DNA of 64,000 nt from Felis catus. Its lineage: Eukaryota. Of the stretch, positions 60,378-64,000 are shown one piece after another; positions within the stretch are counted from its first letter, which is position 1; each line of letters starts with the position of its first letter. A program made the position numbers and the translations under genes. Where the stretch lies: the NCBI RefSeq assembly GCF_018350175.1, contig NC_058369.1, forward strand, positions 2,916,001 to 2,980,000, written 5' to 3'. Below the pieces are notes generated by a model that made no database searches, had not been told where the DNA came from, and was given only the letters and a program-made list of their open reading frames with translations.

Positions 60378-62897
60378 CTGCTGGCACCCGGCCTAGTGGA
60401 GAAACTTGACCCCTGGGGACCAGGAGGAGAGGCTGGGCCCTGTCCCGGAAGGAAGGGTCCTCTGTGGTCTGAGACCCAACAAGAAGCAGCAGTTAGCAGG
60501 CCAGCGGGCAGGTCTCGGGTGTCCCCGGTGGAGGGCCCAGCCCAGACGAGGGCCCCAGGGGCCGGCTCAGCAGGTGTGGGGGTTCCAGTGGGATCCAGTG
60601 CTCAGTGAGGACCTGACCTCTCTCTTTGCTAAATTTACCATCGGTGGCATTTAGTACACTCGCGATGTTGTGCAACCGTCAGTGCTATCTAGTTCCAGAA
60701 CATTCCATCTCCAGCAGAGGGAAACCCTATCCCCGTGAGCAGTCGCCCCCAGGCCCTGGCACCCACTGACCTACTTTCTGTCTCCGGACCTTTCACACAG
60801 AGGAAATCAAACACTTCGCGACCTGTGGGCCGTTTGGGGACAGACGTGTCACACAGGTGGGCCGACACCAGGAGGCCTCCCGCAGGCGCCCTGCCCGGGC
60901 CTCTGTCTGGGCACGGCACCGTCACCCGTGGTCTGGGCTCCGTGCCCCACAAGGAGGCTCCCCGGAAATTCTTGCCGCCCAAACTGGGTCACAGGCCACA
61001 CCCCGAAGCCGGCTTCCACACCTGCCAGCCGGCCAGGCGCCTGGCGGGGCTCAGGGGTCAGGGGTCCAGCCACGCTGTCAGTCAAGGAAACCGAGGCCCA
61101 GAATGGGCCGGAGGTGGGAAGAGGAAGTGAGGGCCACGCCCCCCACGACCTTTGCACCAGGTCAGTCCTGGATGGGGCCACGCAGGGAGTCCTTCTTCAC
61201 CGGCCACGACAGGCCAATGGTGCTCCCCGTCTCCCTCGGCTGTCGCCGCGGTTCCTGCCGGCAGAATCAGGGGAGGGAGGTCGCGGAAGCCACGGGGACT
61301 CACAGGGCAGGCCGCGGGGGTGAGGGTGTCGGGACAGGGCAAGGGCAGCTCCCGCTCCGGGTCTGCCCCAAGCTGCGGCTGGCCACACGCAGGGGGGTGG
61401 GGGTGGGGGGGCGTCAAGAGAGCCAGAGCCGGACGGTCGTCGGAGCGCGAACGGGAGACTGAACTCAGTCCCCGCCGCAGCGGGCAAGTGCTCGGTGTTG
61501 CGTCCGGGGACACGCGGCGCTCCGTAGCCAGAGAGAGGCGGCCCGGTGGCCGGAGAGCCGCTGAGGGGAGACACGAGGGCTAGGGGGGGAGTCTGGCTAA
61601 ACGGACTGGGCAGGATTCTCGCCGGCACCAGGTTCCTAGGTCGAGCGCAAGGAGGAGGCCCCGTTGAAAAGGAGCTCAGCGGAGCCAGGCTAGTTTGGTC
61701 GAGGAGGCAGCCTCCGCCGGGGCCGCGGGGAGGTGACAGGAAGAGGCTAGGACGTGTGGCCACGTGTGGGGACCCCGGATAATCCAGGGGAGGCTCCCGG
61801 CCGCAGTTTGCGGGGACAGGGACATAGTGCCCCCCCTTGGGGGCCCTCATCAGGCCTCCACCGGCCGCTTCCTGAGCCGGGAAAGGACAGGATGCTGGGG
61901 TCGGGGAGCAGGGGTGGGAAGGCCCCAAGCACAGGGAGAGAGGCTCTCTTTGGGTTTGAGCCCCCACCTCCAGAAGGTTTCATGAAGGGAGGTGGGGAGA
62001 GGGAGGGGGAGGGTGGCCTGCCCCTACCCCTCATTTACCTGCTCCCCTGTGGTCAGAGCTGGTGCCACAGGGTCTTTGCACATCCTGTTTTCACTTCCCT
62101 GAACCCCGTTGTCTTATCCAAGCCTCCTCCCTCTGGCCTGCTTTGCCTAAATCACTATGTGTCCGCTTGGACGGCCCCTCCTCCAGGAAGTCTCTCTGGT
62201 TCCTCCACCCCCTCCCTCTACACAGGGAGGGCCAGGTACATCTTATTCTCCGCTGTGTCCCCACAAGGCAGGGCCCACAGAAGGCAGGGGCCCCCTAAAC
62301 GGTAGGGGCAGGAACGAATGAAAGAGGAAGGCAGGAAATCAGTGATTCGAGCCACTCGGGGCAAATGGGGAAACTGAGGCCACGGGTGAGAGGGAGCTGT
62401 TACAACCCGAAGATGAAGCCTCTGGCCCTGGTCTCCAGAGGCCTCCCACCCCTGCTCCCCAACCCCGGAGGAGGGCGGCGAGGCCCTGAGAGGCAACGGT
62501 GGGGGGGGGGGGCTCACCCAGCTGGCGAGTGGCAGAACCAGAACTCGAACCCAGGATTCTTAACCGGTGGTTCCTTACGTGTGTCGGGGACTCTCTGGTG
62601 TGTGGGGGCCGGGCCCGCCCTGGGACCCTTTTGGGAAGTCCTCAGGGTCAACATCACGCACGGGCAAAAGATCCATTCGGAGCGCAAAGACGGACAGACG
62701 GATTTCGCTGGAACAGAAGACAAGAGAGAACAACTCGCCTCCGGGGTGCCGGAGGCTGGGGAGGGATCGTGACGGCTAGTGGAGACAGGGCTTCTTTGTG
62801 GGGGTGATGGAATGTTCTGGAATTAGAGGTGGTGGTTGCAGAACACCGGGGATGCACCATATGCCAGTGAATCATTCACTTAAAAATGGCTAATTTT

Positions 62898-63550
62898 GGG
62901 GGCACCTGGGTGGCTCGCTCGCGGAGGCGTCCGACTTCGGCCTCGGGTCTGAGCTCACGGTTCGCGGGTTCAAGCCCCCATCGGGGTCCGCACGGACAGC
63001 GCAGAGCCTGCTTGGGGTTCTCTCTTCCTCCTCTTTCTGCCCCTCCCCCACTTGCAAGTCTCTATCGAGGTAAATAAAGAAAAACGTTTAAAAAAAAATC
63101 TGTGGGAAGCACAGACTGTGTGGAATTCAAACTTCAGGGTCTGTGAGTGAAATCCTTTTTTTTTTTTTTTTAATGTTTATTTTTGAGAGAGAAAGAGAGG
63201 GACAGAGCGTGAGCAGGGGAGGGGCAGAGAGAGAGGGAGACACAGAATCCGAAGCAGGCTCCGGGCTCCGAGCTGTCGGCACAGAGCCCGACACGACGCT
63301 GTTGGTCTGTGTCTCACTTTTCTTTTTTTTTTTTTAATTTTTTTTTTTCAACGTTTATTTATTTTTGGGACAGAGAGACAGAGCATGAACGGGGGAGGGG
63401 CAGAGAGAGAGGGAGACACAGAATTGGAAACAGGCTCCAGGCTCTGAGCCATCAGCCCAGAGCCCGATGCGGGGCTCGAACTCACGGAGTGCAAGATCGT
63501 GACCTGGCTGAAGTCGGACGCTTAACCGACTGCGCCACCCAGGCGCCCCT
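62898..63550. mobile_element. CanSINE cluster (plus 62898-63098, minus 63155-63295, young minus 63325-63550 with TSD)
   Basis: TSD tgtgtctcacttttc around the last copy. Confidence 0.87.
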
Positions 63551-64000
63551 GTGTCTCACTTTTCAAGCCGCTGTGCGGGGCCTGACGGAGAGGTTTGGGG
63601 ACTGACTTTTCTTTTTCTCTCACAAGGGGGCGCTAAAGGCCTCCGAGGCCGAAGGAGCATCTCGGGGCTGGCGGGGCGGCTCCATAGCCCTCCCCCCCCC
63701 CCCCAGTGATAAACAGCAGCACCCCATGTGCGCGGGAGCCATGGGCTTGGCCGGCCCTGTCCTCCTCCCTGCACCTGCTCACGACCCCGGGCGGGGACAC
63801 AGGGCACGTCGCCTGCCCCCGACCTGCAGGAAAGACGGCACCCCAGGGACCCAGCATGGCGACCCCCCCCCCCAGTCTAAGAGGATTCATGCTCAGGGGC
63901 GCCCGCTTGCTGCCCCAACACGCCTTTCCTTCATCCTTCACTGCCGGCGAGGGACACGGATGGGGCCACCGTCCCTGAGGGAGGGCACGACTGGCAACAT

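Noticed and set aside
59500..64000. NMRK2, expected downstream of ATCAY by human synteny
   Set aside because: I recognised no kinase P-loop N-terminus (GIGG..NGGKTT-like); it probably begins beyond the window.
1..64000. CRISPR array, prokaryotic defence system or viral insertion
   Set aside because: No repeat-spacer array, operon or retroviral gag/pol coding region was seen. The sequence is explained by spliced mammalian genes and interspersed repeats.

Overview
Mammalian genomic DNA, GC- and CpG-rich. It is almost certainly felid, because it carries many tRNA-derived CanSINEs of the cat type and a carnivore-type L1 3' end. It appears orthologous to the human 19p13.3 ZFR2-ATCAY region. Two genes diverge from separate CpG-island promoters about 6 kb apart. 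ZFR2 (minus strand): I reconstructed coding exons 1-6 from the ATG at 22155 through the first C2H2 finger; the gene runs off the left edge. ATCAY/caytaxin (plus strand) is complete: a non-coding exon 1 plus 12 coding exons, 1113 nt, 370 aa, all GT-AG and in frame. The rest is CanSINE, L1, MLT/MER LTRs, hAT and Tigger DNA transposon relics, a 20-21 bp G-rich minisatellite and microsatellites. The best leads are: two RE1/NRSE (REST) sites; a putative alternative terminal exon or intronic-polyadenylated transcript in ZFR2 intron 1, containing a tight inverted-SINE hairpin; uORFs in the ATCAY leader; and apparent GC-biased erosion of tyrosines in the ZFR2 N-terminus. Comparisons to human and rodent proteins come from recall, not from an alignment. 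Almost all ORFs in the supplied track are spurious GC-rich or repeat-derived frames. I found no prokaryotic-type system.
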